From a bacterium (GTDB lineage: Bacteria > Bacillota_I > Bacilli_A > RFN20 > CAG-288), in assembly GCA_963612025.1 (NCBI GenBank), contig CAVDUB010000008.1:4602-68601 (forward strand): a stretch of 64,000 bases of DNA, given 5' to 3'. Of the stretch, positions 48,108 to 57,104 are shown piece after piece. A program made the position numbers and the translations under genes. The notes under the pieces were generated by a model. It saw nothing but the letters and a program-made list of their open reading frames with translations. It was not told the DNA's origin and ran no database searches. Each line of letters begins with the position of its first letter. Position 1 is the stretch's first letter.

Positions 48108-49554
48108 CGACAATTTCTCCAATTAAGGAATAAGTATGCGACTCGATGATTTTGACATTCTTGATTTGTCCAATCAAAGAGGCGTCTCCTTTTGCGTGGA
48201 CAAGTTTATTGTGTGGATCATAGCCAGAGATACGGGTTGGATCTTTTTCGCTGACTTTCTCAAATAAGACAGGAAGAGTCTTTCCGACGAATTCCTGTGC
48301 GCGTTTCATGGAGAGTTCATCGATCAAAGATTTGAGTTCATCGAAATGCTTATGCTTGACTTCGGAGGAGAATTCATCCTTCATGCGGCTGGCAGGTGTG
48401 CCAGGACGTGGAGAGAAGATGAAGGTGAAGGCGGCATCGTATTGGACTTCTCTGACCAGGGAAAGAGTCTCTTGGAATTCCTCCTCTGTCTCGTTGGGGA
48501 ATCCGACAATGATATCGGTGCTCAAAAAGACATCGGGAAGTCTCTTTCTGAGTTCATGGACAATCTCAAGATACTGTTCTCTTGTGTAGCGTCTATTCAT
48601 TCTCTTAAGGACGCTATTGGATCCGGATTGGACAGGCAAATGCATGTAGGGCATGATATTCTTGTATTTCGCCATCACGTCAAAGACCTGTGTTCTAAAA
48701 TCACTCGGATAAGGAGTGACAAAACGAACACGTTCGATGCCCGTCTTTGCGACATTTTCCAAGAGCGTGGCGAAGGCGTATTCATCCCCGAAATCTTTTC
48801 CGTAGGCATCGACATTCTGTCCGAGAAGAGTGACCTGCTTATAGCCGCTTTCTTTCAGACAGTTGACTTCCGCAATGATGTCTTCCATCTTTCTTGAACG
48901 TTCTCTTCCGCGTGTATACGGAACAATGCAATATGTGCAGAACTTGTTGCACCCGTACATGATGTTGACAAAGGCGGTGTATTTGGACATGCGCCCTTCC
49001 TGATTTTCAGGCAGGCCTTCGATGACCAGATCAGAATTGCTTCTGACATCGACAATTGACTGATTATGAGTGATGCAGTCGTTTAGAAGAGGGTAGAATT
49101 CAACGAGATTGTTTGTCCCGAAAATCAAGGAGACAAAGGGGAAGTGGTCGAGGACATGCTTGACAGCGAATTCTTCCTGCATGACGCATCCACAGATGGA
49201 GATGATTGTCTCAGGATTCTTATCATATTGTTCCTTGGCACGTCCAAGTTCGCCATAAAGATGATTTTCAGCGTTTTCCCTGACGGCACAGGTATTGAAC
49301 AAAATAAAATCGGCACCTAAAAAATCTTCTTGTTCTTTCATGCCGATGGCTAACAACATGCTGCGGATGATTTCGGAATCTCGGACATTGGCTTGGCAGC
49401 CATATGTTTTGATACAAAAAGTCTTTCCCTGTCCCCAAGAGACAAGGAAAGACGTAGGTTTCATATTAACCTTTTCGTAACGAACCGTTTCACTGAGATT
49501 CCGTCCCGCTGCTGCCTTCAAATCAGGCAGTGATACAAGACGGCGGTTTTTCAT
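48100..49554 (-). CDS. miaB: tRNA-i6A37 methylthiotransferase MiaB
   Basis: Contains the UPF0004 N-domain (FCIKTYGCQANVRDSE), the radical-SAM CNKFCTYCIVP, and a TRAM C-terminus. The start is uncertain (ATG 49554 or ATG 49464). Confidence 0.92.
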   Translation of the reverse strand: MKNRRLVSLPDLKAAAGRNLSETVRYEKVNMKPTSFLVSWGQGKTFCIKTYGCQANVRDSEIIRSMLLAIGMKEQEDFLGADFILFNTCAVRENAENHLYGELGRAKEQYDKNPETIISICGCVMQEEFAVKHVLDHFPFVSLIFGTNNLVEFYPLLNDCITHNQSIVDVRSNSDLVIEGLPENQEGRMSKYTAFVNIMYGCNKFCTYCIVPYTRGRERSRKMEDIIAEVNCLKESGYKQVTLLGQNVDAYGKDFGDEYAFATLLENVAKTGIERVRFVTPYPSDFRTQVFDVMAKYKNIMPYMHLPVQSGSNSVLKRMNRRYTREQYLEIVHELRKRLPDVFLSTDIIVGFPNETEEEFQETLSLVREVQYDAAFTFIFSPRPGTPASRMKDEFSSEVKHKHFDELKSLIDELSMKRAQEFVGKTLPVLFEKVSEKDPTRISGYDPHNKLVHAKGDASLIGQIKNVKIIESHTYSLIGEIVDE

Positions 49555-49565
49555 ACGATTGCTAA

Positions 49566-49913
49566 TTACTCGCTAAGTGCTTCTTCGTGCTTGGGAACAT
49601 CGGAGGACACAGCATGATCCGGGTTGAATTCTGCTTTTGTGATATGGAGAAGAATCGTGGTGACTTCTCTGGCAGCAGAATCAGAAGGCTCGGTGAAGTT
49701 CTGCATCATGAATTCAGGCTGGATAGCGATGTCGCACTTGTTTTCATCATCTTTGAGAAAACGGCGAGCGACAATGCAAGCCTTGATGGCCTGATTGAGT
49801 GCCGATGCACCAACCAAAGAGATTTGGACGGCACCTTCCTGACGAATGTTACCGGCAATTGCTCCTGCTAACTTCTGAATTTGTGTGTTTCCACTTGCTT
49901 TTAATGTTGTCAT
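49566..49913 (-). CDS. spoVS: SpoVS-like protein with a C-terminal extension
   Basis: 115 aa. MTTLKASGNTQIQKLAGAIAGNIRQEGAVQISLVGASALNQAIKACIVARRF matches the SpoVS core. The position between ymdB and miaB matches Bacillus. Confidence 0.8.
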   Translation of the reverse strand: MTTLKASGNTQIQKLAGAIAGNIRQEGAVQISLVGASALNQAIKACIVARRFLKDDENKCDIAIQPEFMMQNFTEPSDSAAREVTTILLHITKAEFNPDHAVSSDVPKHEEALSE

Positions 49914-50302
49914 ATAGAAAACCTCTTTCTAAGTCTCTATTATAAACTTTTTCGCCTGAAAATGGTACTTTTATCAACAATTTTCTATTTCTGAAAAAAA
50001 CATAATGACAAAAAGAGAAAGTAGTCAAAAAAACAGATTGCGAATGAATCAAACCAAGATGGGGAACTGATTCTTTCATGCACGACCAGCAATCCCCTCT
50101 GGGATATTCCTTCTGAGCGGGCTATGGAGGAACTTCGTTCTGCGGATTTTGATTTTCGACTTGTGGAACCTTGCTGTTTCTCTTTTTCTGTTTCTTGGAT
50201 TGGAAGAGACTTCTTTTTTCTTTTTTTTAGAAACTTCTCATGAAAAGGAATGCTTTCATAGATCAATTTAAATCACTGATAGCCACCTAAAGAGGAATTC
50301 GT

Positions 50303-50337
50303 TTAAAAAAAGATGACCCATCAATTTGGGTCATCTT
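50303..50337 (-). terminator. Terminator after ymdB (stop codon inside the loop)
   Basis: AAGATGACCCA (50310-20)/TGGGTCATCTT (50327-37) is followed on the minus strand by T7. Confidence 0.85.
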
Positions 50338-51136
50338 GGAATGTTTCATTGATCAAATGAAAGGATGTTACCTGTTTTGTTTTCCGACTGACGTCGAATT
50401 GTATGGCGTTGACAAGCATTTTTCCACTTCTTGGAACGGAAAGTGCAGTGGGCATCTGTGTGATTGTCCTACGCATGGAGGGTTCGATATCATCTCCTAA
50501 AGAGGAATAATAGGCACCATTCATTCCGACATCTGTCAGGAAGAGGGTTCCCTTGGAAAGAATCTTGGCATCGTTTGTCTGCACATGCGTGTGCGTTCCG
50601 AAGACGGCCGTGATTTTGCCATCGAGATATTCTCCCATGATTCTTTTTTCAGCCGTGGCTTCTGCATGGAAATCGAGGATATGAATGACGTCTTTCTTTT
50701 CTTTCAAGATTTCATCCATATCATAAAAGGGATTGGACTGGACACCGGTCATATAAATCCGGCCCATCATATTGCTCACCTTTATTTCCGTACCATCTTC
50801 GAGAGAAAAGAGACGACTCCCGACTCCTGGGCAGGCCTTATCGAAATTGTAGGGACGAACTTGACGATTCATTTCCTTTGCAAATTTTGCCGCATCGGGA
50901 GAATTGAAGAAATGATTTCCGCTGGTGAGACAATCGATTCCGTAGGAAAGGAGTTCTTTATAGTGGACATAGGAGAGACCATGGCCATGAGTTGTGTTTT
51001 CTCCGTTGGCAAGCACAAAATCGATTTCATCCTGCTTCTTATGAAGAGAAAGATATTTCTTGACTGCTTTTCTTCCAAGAGGACCGACGATATCTCCGAA
51101 GAAAAGGATTCTTACAAATTCTTTCATATCCGACAA
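50321..51136 (-). CDS. ymdB: YmdB-type metallophosphoesterase (TIGR00282 family)
   Basis: 271 aa with ILFFGDIVG, GENTTHGHG and DFHAEATAEK motifs, located downstream of rny as in Bacillus. Confidence 0.88.
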   Translation of the reverse strand: MSDMKEFVRILFFGDIVGPLGRKAVKKYLSLHKKQDEIDFVLANGENTTHGHGLSYVHYKELLSYGIDCLTSGNHFFNSPDAAKFAKEMNRQVRPYNFDKACPGVGSRLFSLEDGTEIKVSNMMGRIYMTGVQSNPFYDMDEILKEKKDVIHILDFHAEATAEKRIMGEYLDGKITAVFGTHTHVQTNDAKILSKGTLFLTDVGMNGAYYSSLGDDIEPSMRRTITQMPTALSVPRSGKMLVNAIQFDVSRKTKQVTSFHLINETFQDDPN

Positions 51137-51138
51137 TC

Positions 51139-52713
51139 TTATTTTGCGATTTCGACGGCGCGGGTTTCACGGATGACAGAAACTTTGATTTGTCCCGGAT
51201 ACTGCATTTCGGATTCGATCTTTTCGCGAATCTGAACGGCCATGACTTTGGCATCTTCATCGCTGACCTTTTCAGGGACGACGAGGACACGGACATCTCT
51301 TCCGGATTGCAAGGCATAGGAAGTCTGGACACCATTGAACGATTTGCAGATGGTTTCCAACTGCTCGAGACGCTTGATGTAGGTTTCCAGTGTTTCGCTT
51401 CTTGCGCCTGGGCGTGCCGCAGAAAGGGTATCGGCTGCTGTGACCAATTCAGAGATGAGATATTTCTTTGGGACATCACCATGGTGGGATTCGATTGCAT
51501 TGATGATGACATCGGATTCGTTGAACTTCTTGGCTAACTTCGAACCCAATTCGACGTGGGAACCTTCCTGTTCGGCATCAATGGATTTTCCGATATCGTG
51601 AAGAAGGCCGGCTCTCTTGGCTAGGACTGGATCAAGACCGAGTTCGCTTGCCATGACGGAAGCGAGATAGGCGACCTGGATGGAGTGGTCAAGGACGTTC
51701 TGACCATAGGATGTACGATATTTGAGTCTTCCGATATATGGATAGAGACCGGAATTGATTCTAGGCAGGCCGAGTTTGAAGACGGTCTGTTCGCCAATTC
51801 TTCTCAAGGAGTCATCGAATTCATCAGAAATTTTCTGATAGAGGTCTTCGATTCTTCCAGGCTGGATACGTCCATCGCGGACCAAAGCTTCCAATGTAAG
51901 CTTGGCTTTTTCTCTGCGGATTGGATCGAAACAGGAAACCGTCAGGGTTTCAGGTGTGTCATCGATGATGAGGGAGACGCCAAAGAGCTGTTCCATGGAT
52001 TTGATGTTTCTTCCTTCACGCCCGATGATTCTTCCTTTCATTTCATCGCTTGGAAGAGCGACGGAAGAAGAATTTCTTTCACATGTCACATCTTGGGCAT
52101 ACTTTTCCATAGCCAAGGAAAGAAGAGTCTTTGCTTTGTCTTCGACCTGAGAGCGGACCTCTTCTTCTTTCTGTTCCTTGAACAAGGCAAGACGCTTTGT
52201 TTCTTTTTCTTCGACACGAGCCATAAGTTCTTCTTTTGCCTGGTCTTGTGTCATCGAGGCAATCTTCTCAAGCTCGCCAAGGACAGAATCGAGTTTGCTC
52301 TGCAATTCCTTATCTTTATTATCGAGAGCCTGAATCTTCTGTTCGTATTCACTTCTCTTCTGGTCAATCTGGGCCTCACGGGAAATGATGGCGTCTTCTC
52401 TCTTATCGAGAGTGGATTCTCTTGCGTCGAGCTTGGCTTCTGATTGGCTGATGGTCGCTTTTCTCTCTGCGATATCCTTTTCAGCGGCCTTCTTAAGCTC
52501 TTCAGCTTCCGCTTTTCCTTCCTTCTTGGCATTGTCGATGATGACATCGACTTTGCTGTTTGCCTCATTGATGAGGGCTTCGGCCTGCTTTTTTGCCAAT
52601 ACGCCTTGCTTCTTCGGCTTGACATGCATGAAGTAGAAACAGCATCCAAATGTAGCACCAAACGTCACGGCAAGAACTGCAAAACAGATTAGAACAACGT
52701 ATATGGGTTCCAT
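51139..52713 (-). CDS. rny: Ribonuclease Y
   Basis: 524 aa with an N-terminal TM anchor, a coiled coil, a KH domain ([11 protein letters not shown]) and an HD domain (GLLHDIGK). Confidence 0.95.
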   Translation of the reverse strand: MEPIYVVLICFAVLAVTFGATFGCCFYFMHVKPKKQGVLAKKQAEALINEANSKVDVIIDNAKKEGKAEAEELKKAAEKDIAERKATISQSEAKLDARESTLDKREDAIISREAQIDQKRSEYEQKIQALDNKDKELQSKLDSVLGELEKIASMTQDQAKEELMARVEEKETKRLALFKEQKEEEVRSQVEDKAKTLLSLAMEKYAQDVTCERNSSSVALPSDEMKGRIIGREGRNIKSMEQLFGVSLIIDDTPETLTVSCFDPIRREKAKLTLEALVRDGRIQPGRIEDLYQKISDEFDDSLRRIGEQTVFKLGLPRINSGLYPYIGRLKYRTSYGQNVLDHSIQVAYLASVMASELGLDPVLAKRAGLLHDIGKSIDAEQEGSHVELGSKLAKKFNESDVIINAIESHHGDVPKKYLISELVTAADTLSAARPGARSETLETYIKRLEQLETICKSFNGVQTSYALQSGRDVRVLVVPEKVSDEDAKVMAVQIREKIESEMQYPGQIKVSVIRETRAVEIAK

Positions 52714-52993
52714 ACAAAAATATAACCTTTCTAGGGTTCAGTAAAATTTTAAAGGTCCACTGTGCCCTTTTTGAACCTACTCTAAAAAAGACGTTGCGAT
52801 TTAAATATTCCAAAAAAACAAATTAAATCAAGTTTATCTTTTATATACAACATAAAGCGAGTGACTTTATGTACATCTAAAATTATAACCCCGAAAGCCT
52901 ATTTTTGAAAGTGAATTTCCTCTTTTTTCCATTGAAAAGAAGAATGAAAAAAAGAAAAAAATTGCTTTTTACATAGTGTAAAGAAGTTGGCAA

Positions 52994-53023
52994 AGAAAAA
53001 AACTCCGAAAGAGTTCGGAGTTT
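52994..53023 (-). terminator. Terminator after recA
   Basis: AACTCCGAA-agag-TTCGGAGTT is followed on the minus strand by a T-run, 7 nt after the recA stop. Confidence 0.85.
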
Positions 53024-53029
53024 CGCTTG

Positions 53030-54103
53030 CTAGTTGCTTTCGGATATTTCTTCTTTGTCCTCATCTTCTTGCAAAGGCTTGTTTGATAATTTCATTCGAA
53101 CAGCTTCTTCAATTTGCGACTCGAAGAGAGGATTGCTCTTCATATAGTCATAGACAGAGGACATTCCCTGACCGATTCTTTCACCCTGATAGGAGAACCA
53201 GGACCCGGCCTTCTCGATGATTGCGAAATCGACAGCCAGCTGTGCAATCTCGTGTTCCTTTGAAATGCCTTCTCCGAACATGAGTTCAATCTTGCAACTG
53301 CGATAGGGTGGGGCAACTTTGTTTTTGACGACTTTGACGTTGACAATATTGCCTAAGGCCTTATCGCCCTGCTTGATGGTTTCCGCACGTCGGATTTCGA
53401 TACGGATCGTGGAATAGAATTTGAGTGCACGACCACCGGTGGTCGTCTCTGGATTTCCGTACATGACACCGACTTTTTCTCTCAGTTGGTTGATGAAAAT
53501 GACGGTGCAGTTCGATTTTGAAAGAACGCCGGCGAGTTTTCGAAGGGATTTCGACATCAATCTTGCCTGAAGGCCGACAGAGGAATCTTCAAACGTTCCT
53601 TCGAGTTCCGCCTTTGGAATCAAGGCAGCAACGGAGTCGACGATGATGAGGTCGATGGCATTGGATTTGGCAAGCATATCGACGATTTCCATCGCCTGTT
53701 CGCCATAATCCGGCTGAGAGAGGATGAGATCTGCGATGTTGACGCCAAGATGTTTGGCATAATCTGGATCGATGGCATGTTCGGCATCGATATAGGCCGC
53801 TCTCCCTCCTAATTTCTGCACTTCGGCAATCGCTTCGAGGGCGAGAGTTGTTTTTCCCGAGGATTCCGGACCATAGATTTCGATGATTCTTCCCTTTGGA
53901 TAGCCTCCGACTCCCAAAATGGAATCCACAAGAAGACTTCCGGTTGGTATGACACCGACATCGGTTGTCGGTTTGTCTCCCATCTTCATGACGATTCCTT
54001 TGTCATTGTAGTAGTTGCGGATATCGCGTAAGGTTGCTTCGATGGCAGAATCTTTTTCGGCTTCGACTGGATTTGTATTGGCTGCAACACCTTTTTTGGG
54101 CAT
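53030..54103 (-). CDS. recA: Recombinase RecA
   Basis: ATG at 54103 follows a GGAGG SD (MPKKGVAANT...); the track starts 5 codons upstream. Walker A is GPESSGKTTLAL. Confidence 0.97.
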   Translation of the reverse strand: MPKKGVAANTNPVEAEKDSAIEATLRDIRNYYNDKGIVMKMGDKPTTDVGVIPTGSLLVDSILGVGGYPKGRIIEIYGPESSGKTTLALEAIAEVQKLGGRAAYIDAEHAIDPDYAKHLGVNIADLILSQPDYGEQAMEIVDMLAKSNAIDLIIVDSVAALIPKAELEGTFEDSSVGLQARLMSKSLRKLAGVLSKSNCTVIFINQLREKVGVMYGNPETTTGGRALKFYSTIRIEIRRAETIKQGDKALGNIVNVKVVKNKVAPPYRSCKIELMFGEGISKEHEIAQLAVDFAIIEKAGSWFSYQGERIGQGMSSVYDYMKSNPLFESQIEEAVRMKLSNKPLQEDEDKEEISESN

Positions 54104-54145
54104 AATGAGCACCTCCACTAATATATTGATGTGTAAAATGAGTTT

Positions 54146-54616
54146 TTACGAATTTTTCTTGGATAAATCGTCAATCAGTGTCGAAAAAGCAAAATCCACG
54201 CATTGTTTTCGTATGCTGTTTCGACTTCCGCTGAGATGCAATTCGTAAACGTCGATTTCATTGAGGAATTTGATGGCGATATAGACAAGGCCGACGGGCT
54301 TGTTTTCACTCTCTGCAGGGCCTGCGTTTCCTGTGAAGGAAACGGAGATATCGCTGTTGAAGAAGACGCTTGCCTGCAAGGCCATCTCCTTGGCGCACTC
54401 CATGGATATGGCGCCATTTTCTGTGATGGTCTTTTTTGAGACGCCAAAAGCCTCTTTGGCTTCATCAGTATAGGTTATAGCACCGCCTTTGAAAGCCTTG
54501 CTTGCTGAGGGAATTCCTGTAAACGTGCTTGCAAAAAGACCACCTGTGAGAGATTCCATGCAGGAAAGAGTCAGATTCTGCTCCAAAAGAAGATTCAATA
54601 AGTTTTGATATTCCAT
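54146..54616 (-). CDS. CinA C-terminal-domain protein (nicotinamide-nucleotide amidohydrolase PncC-like)
   Basis: 156 aa with SCMESLTGGLFAS and FTGNAGP. The position upstream of recA matches cinA in Firmicutes. The MoCF-binding N-domain is absent. Confidence 0.85.
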   Translation of the reverse strand: MEYQNLLNLLLEQNLTLSCMESLTGGLFASTFTGIPSASKAFKGGAITYTDEAKEAFGVSKKTITENGAISMECAKEMALQASVFFNSDISVSFTGNAGPAESENKPVGLVYIAIKFLNEIDVYELHLSGSRNSIRKQCVDFAFSTLIDDLSKKNS

Positions 54617-55284
54617 TATTTATTATCCTTTAACACGTTTTTATTCTGAATAAAATAAACGACCATCGATAACAAGGAAAAGAAAAGAGCAATCAGGACA
54701 AGGATGTTGGTGATGACATACGTGTATTCAAAGCGTGTAGAAAGCCAAAGATTGACATCGGATGTGAAATTCATCAAGGAGAAGGGGAATCCGTTTAAGA
54801 ATAAAACAGGAATCAGACCCATCTGGATGGCTGTTTTCACCTTTCCATACATATTGGCAGCCAAGACCTTTCCATTGGCTGCAGCGATGCTTCTAAGTCC
54901 GTCCATCGCCAAGTCTCTTCCGATGAAGAGGACAGGGAACAGGGGCAAAATTTGGAAATGCCCGGCAAAATCTGTTCTTGTTGCAAGAAGGATGAAGGCT
55001 GAATCGACCAGAAACTTGTCGGCTAAAGGATCGAGAAATTTTCCTAGGTTTGTGACGAGATTTCGACTTCGTGCTATATGGCCATCAACAGCATCCGTGA
55101 TCGAACCGATGATAAAGATGATACAGCAAAGAAGGTCAATCCAGTCAAACCCGAAATGAAAGCCGCATAAGACGAATTCCGGCGCAAAAATATCGGCGGA
55201 TGGAATGAAGGACAGACAGAAGATGAAAATCATCAAAATGGCCATGACAAGGCGCACAGATGTTATTTTGTTTGGTGTGTTCAT
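54616..55284 (-). CDS. pgsA: CDP-diacylglycerol--glycerol-3-phosphate 3-phosphatidyltransferase
   Basis: 222 aa with the CDP-alcohol phosphatidyltransferase motif DAVDGHIARSRNLVTNLGKFLDPLADK. Confidence 0.9.
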   Translation of the reverse strand: MNTPNKITSVRLVMAILMIFIFCLSFIPSADIFAPEFVLCGFHFGFDWIDLLCCIIFIIGSITDAVDGHIARSRNLVTNLGKFLDPLADKFLVDSAFILLATRTDFAGHFQILPLFPVLFIGRDLAMDGLRSIAAANGKVLAANMYGKVKTAIQMGLIPVLFLNGFPFSLMNFTSDVNLWLSTRFEYTYVITNILVLIALFFSLLSMVVYFIQNKNVLKDNK

Positions 55285-55310
55285 GGATTCACCTTTCTAA
55301 TTAAATAAGA

Positions 55311-55652
55311 GTTCCGATCCTGTAAGCCATGTTTTGTCGAGGATGACAATTTATCTAGGCTGATGCCTGTCCGTCTCGGTTCAGTTCCCGATTCAGACTT
55401 CCCTTACCAAAATTTAGGTTTCTCGCTTGCGGGGCTTTCCAACGTTTCATTCCGGAAATTTCTTTCCGATTCGTCACTGTGGAGCTTTATGGAAAAAACA
55501 CCATGGTTTCCTTTAGGTTTCTTTCCGCCGTATGGGACTCCTCCCACCCCAGGTTTATTGATTGACCTGGCACAGACACTGCCATCATCGCAGATGGCGC
55601 GAGCATGGACTTTCCTCTGACAATTGCTTGCCAGCAGTCATCCGGATCGGAT
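55311..55652 (-). ncRNA. rnpB: RNase P RNA (bacterial, Firmicute type-B-like)
   Basis: The minus strand reads ...CCGAUCCGGAUGACUGCUGGCAAGCAAUUGUCAGAGGAAAGUCCAUGCUCGCGCC... at the 5' side, which includes the universal GAGGAAAGUCC. The 3' side reads ...GUCAUCCUCGACAAAACAUGGCUUACAGGAUCGG. P1 (CCGAUCC/GGAUCGG) and P2 (GGAUGAC/GUCAUCC) pairings close the molecule. Ends are approximate to within a few nt. Confidence 0.9.
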
Positions 55653-55653
55653 A

Positions 55654-56019
55654 TCAGTTCTCAATCGTCTTCGGATTGATTCCTGCTTTGGACAATGCTT
55701 TTTCCAAAAGGGAGATTCTTTTTAACAGTTCGAGATTGCTCAAAGAGGCTTCATCATTCGATGAGACATCACCCAATCTCTGTTTGAGTGTCGCATTTTC
55801 CACTTCGACTTTGCTGAGTTGCTCGTTAAGAAGTTTCACTTTTCCTTCCAATTCTTCAATCTGTCTTTCACTGTTCTGGATATACCCCTGAAAAGCATCG
55901 TAGTCCTTGATGACTAAATCCAAAAAAGAGTCGACTTGCAAAGCGTCATACCCAGGTTTGGTTCCCTCAAAGACCTTGTGATAGATTTTATTCGAATCGA
56001 GCAATAACTTTAGAGCCAT
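55654..56019 (-). CDS. gpsB: DivIVA-domain protein, GpsB-like
   Basis: 121 aa. The N-terminal DivIVA/GpsB domain (IYHKVFEGTKPGYDALQVDSFLDLVIKDYDAF) is followed by a coiled coil. Adjacency to rnpB matches B. subtilis. Confidence 0.7.
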   Translation of the reverse strand: MALKLLLDSNKIYHKVFEGTKPGYDALQVDSFLDLVIKDYDAFQGYIQNSERQIEELEGKVKLLNEQLSKVEVENATLKQRLGDVSSNDEASLSNLELLKRISLLEKALSKAGINPKTIEN

Positions 56020-56078
56020 AGTTTCCCCCTACCCATTTATTATATCAACTATGGAAAATCTTTTAAACTACTTCGACT

Positions 56079-56112
56079 TTTTTCGCGAAAATATTTTTTT
56101 ATTTCGCGGAAC
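56079..56112. repeat. Paired TTTCGCG-containing palindromic motifs (candidate operator) in the gpsB / nfnA divergent region
   Basis: TTCGCGAAAATA (56082-93) and TATTTCGCGGAA (56100-111) form an imperfect inverted repeat. The TTTCGCG cores are 21 bp apart. Confidence 0.3.
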
Positions 56113-56250
56113 AAAATGCAATCTTTTTTCTTGAAATAGGCAAAACCTATCTCTGAAGGGGTTTCTTTTGTCGAAATGACAAAAAAAGAATGGAAAACTT
56201 TCCTTCCCTTAACTACAATAATCTATAGATATATTGGAGGAACGTATCTG

Positions 56251-57102
56251 ATGTTTAAAATTGTAAAGAAGGATGTCCTCAACCCGACCATCATCCGATT
56301 GGTCATTGATGCACCCTTTGTCGCCAAAAAGGCTCAACCTGGTCAGTTCATCATTTTGAGAACGGACAAGGATTCGGAACGTGTGCCGTTTACCATTGCC
56401 GGTGAGGATCCAGAGAAAGGAACTGTCACCATTATTTTCCAGGTTGTCGGCGCATCGACATTGGAATTGAGCAGACTCAACGAAGGGGATGAACTTGCTG
56501 ATTTTGTTGGTCCACTTGGAAAACCAAGCGAACTTGAAGGACTCAAGCATGTCGCCATTGTCGGCGGTGGTGCGGGATGCGCCATTGCCTATCCACTTGC
56601 CTATAAACTTCATGAAATGGGCGCGGATGTCTGTTCTGTGGCCGGATTCAGAAACAAGGATCTCGTTATCCTTGAAAAAGAATTCGAAGATGCTTCCAAC
56701 ACCTTCGTCAAGATGTCCGACGACGGCACATGGGGTGAACAAGGTTTTGTCACAACTGGCCTTGAAAATGAGATTCTTCGTCGCCAGGGCACAGATGAAC
56801 AGTTCGATGAAGTCATTGCTATCGGACCTATCGTCATGATGAAGAATATTTGTCTTCTTACAAAGAAATACAATATCAAGACGATTGTCTCCATGAACCC
56901 CATTATGATTGATGGCACGGGTATGTGCGGATGCTGCCGAGTCATGGTAGGCGGAAAGATGAAATTCGCCTGCGTTGATGGACCGGATTTCGATGGTTGG
57001 GAAGTCGATTTTGATTCCGCGGCCGAAAGAAATACCATGTATCGTGCATGGGAGAGAAAGAAATACGAAGAAGAATGCAACCTTCTCAAGGAGGGAAAAT
57101 AA
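56251..57102 (+). CDS. nfnA: PyrK-like FAD/NAD(P)-binding [2Fe-2S] oxidoreductase subunit (NfnA-type)
   Basis: ATG at 56251 follows a GGAGG SD (MFKIVKKDVLNPTIIRL...). The C-terminal cluster motif is GMCGCCRV...FACVDGPDF. It is paired with the GltD-like subunit. Confidence 0.7.
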   Translation: MFKIVKKDVLNPTIIRLVIDAPFVAKKAQPGQFIILRTDKDSERVPFTIAGEDPEKGTVTIIFQVVGASTLELSRLNEGDELADFVGPLGKPSELEGLKHVAIVGGGAGCAIAYPLAYKLHEMGADVCSVAGFRNKDLVILEKEFEDASNTFVKMSDDGTWGEQGFVTTGLENEILRRQGTDEQFDEVIAIGPIVMMKNICLLTKKYNIKTIVSMNPIMIDGTGMCGCCRVMVGGKMKFACVDGPDFDGWEVDFDSAAERNTMYRAWERKKYEEECNLLKEGK

Positions 57103-57104
57103 TC

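Noticed and set aside
49985-50266. A 93-aa ORF (TTG start) in the ymdB-spoVS gap, with a basic N-terminus and hydrophobic C-terminus that could suggest a small membrane protein or toxin.
   Set aside because: It has a non-ATG start and no SD. It uses codons (cga, ata, agg) that are rare in neighbouring genes and has low-complexity K/R/S composition. I kept only the region, not the ORF, as a finding.
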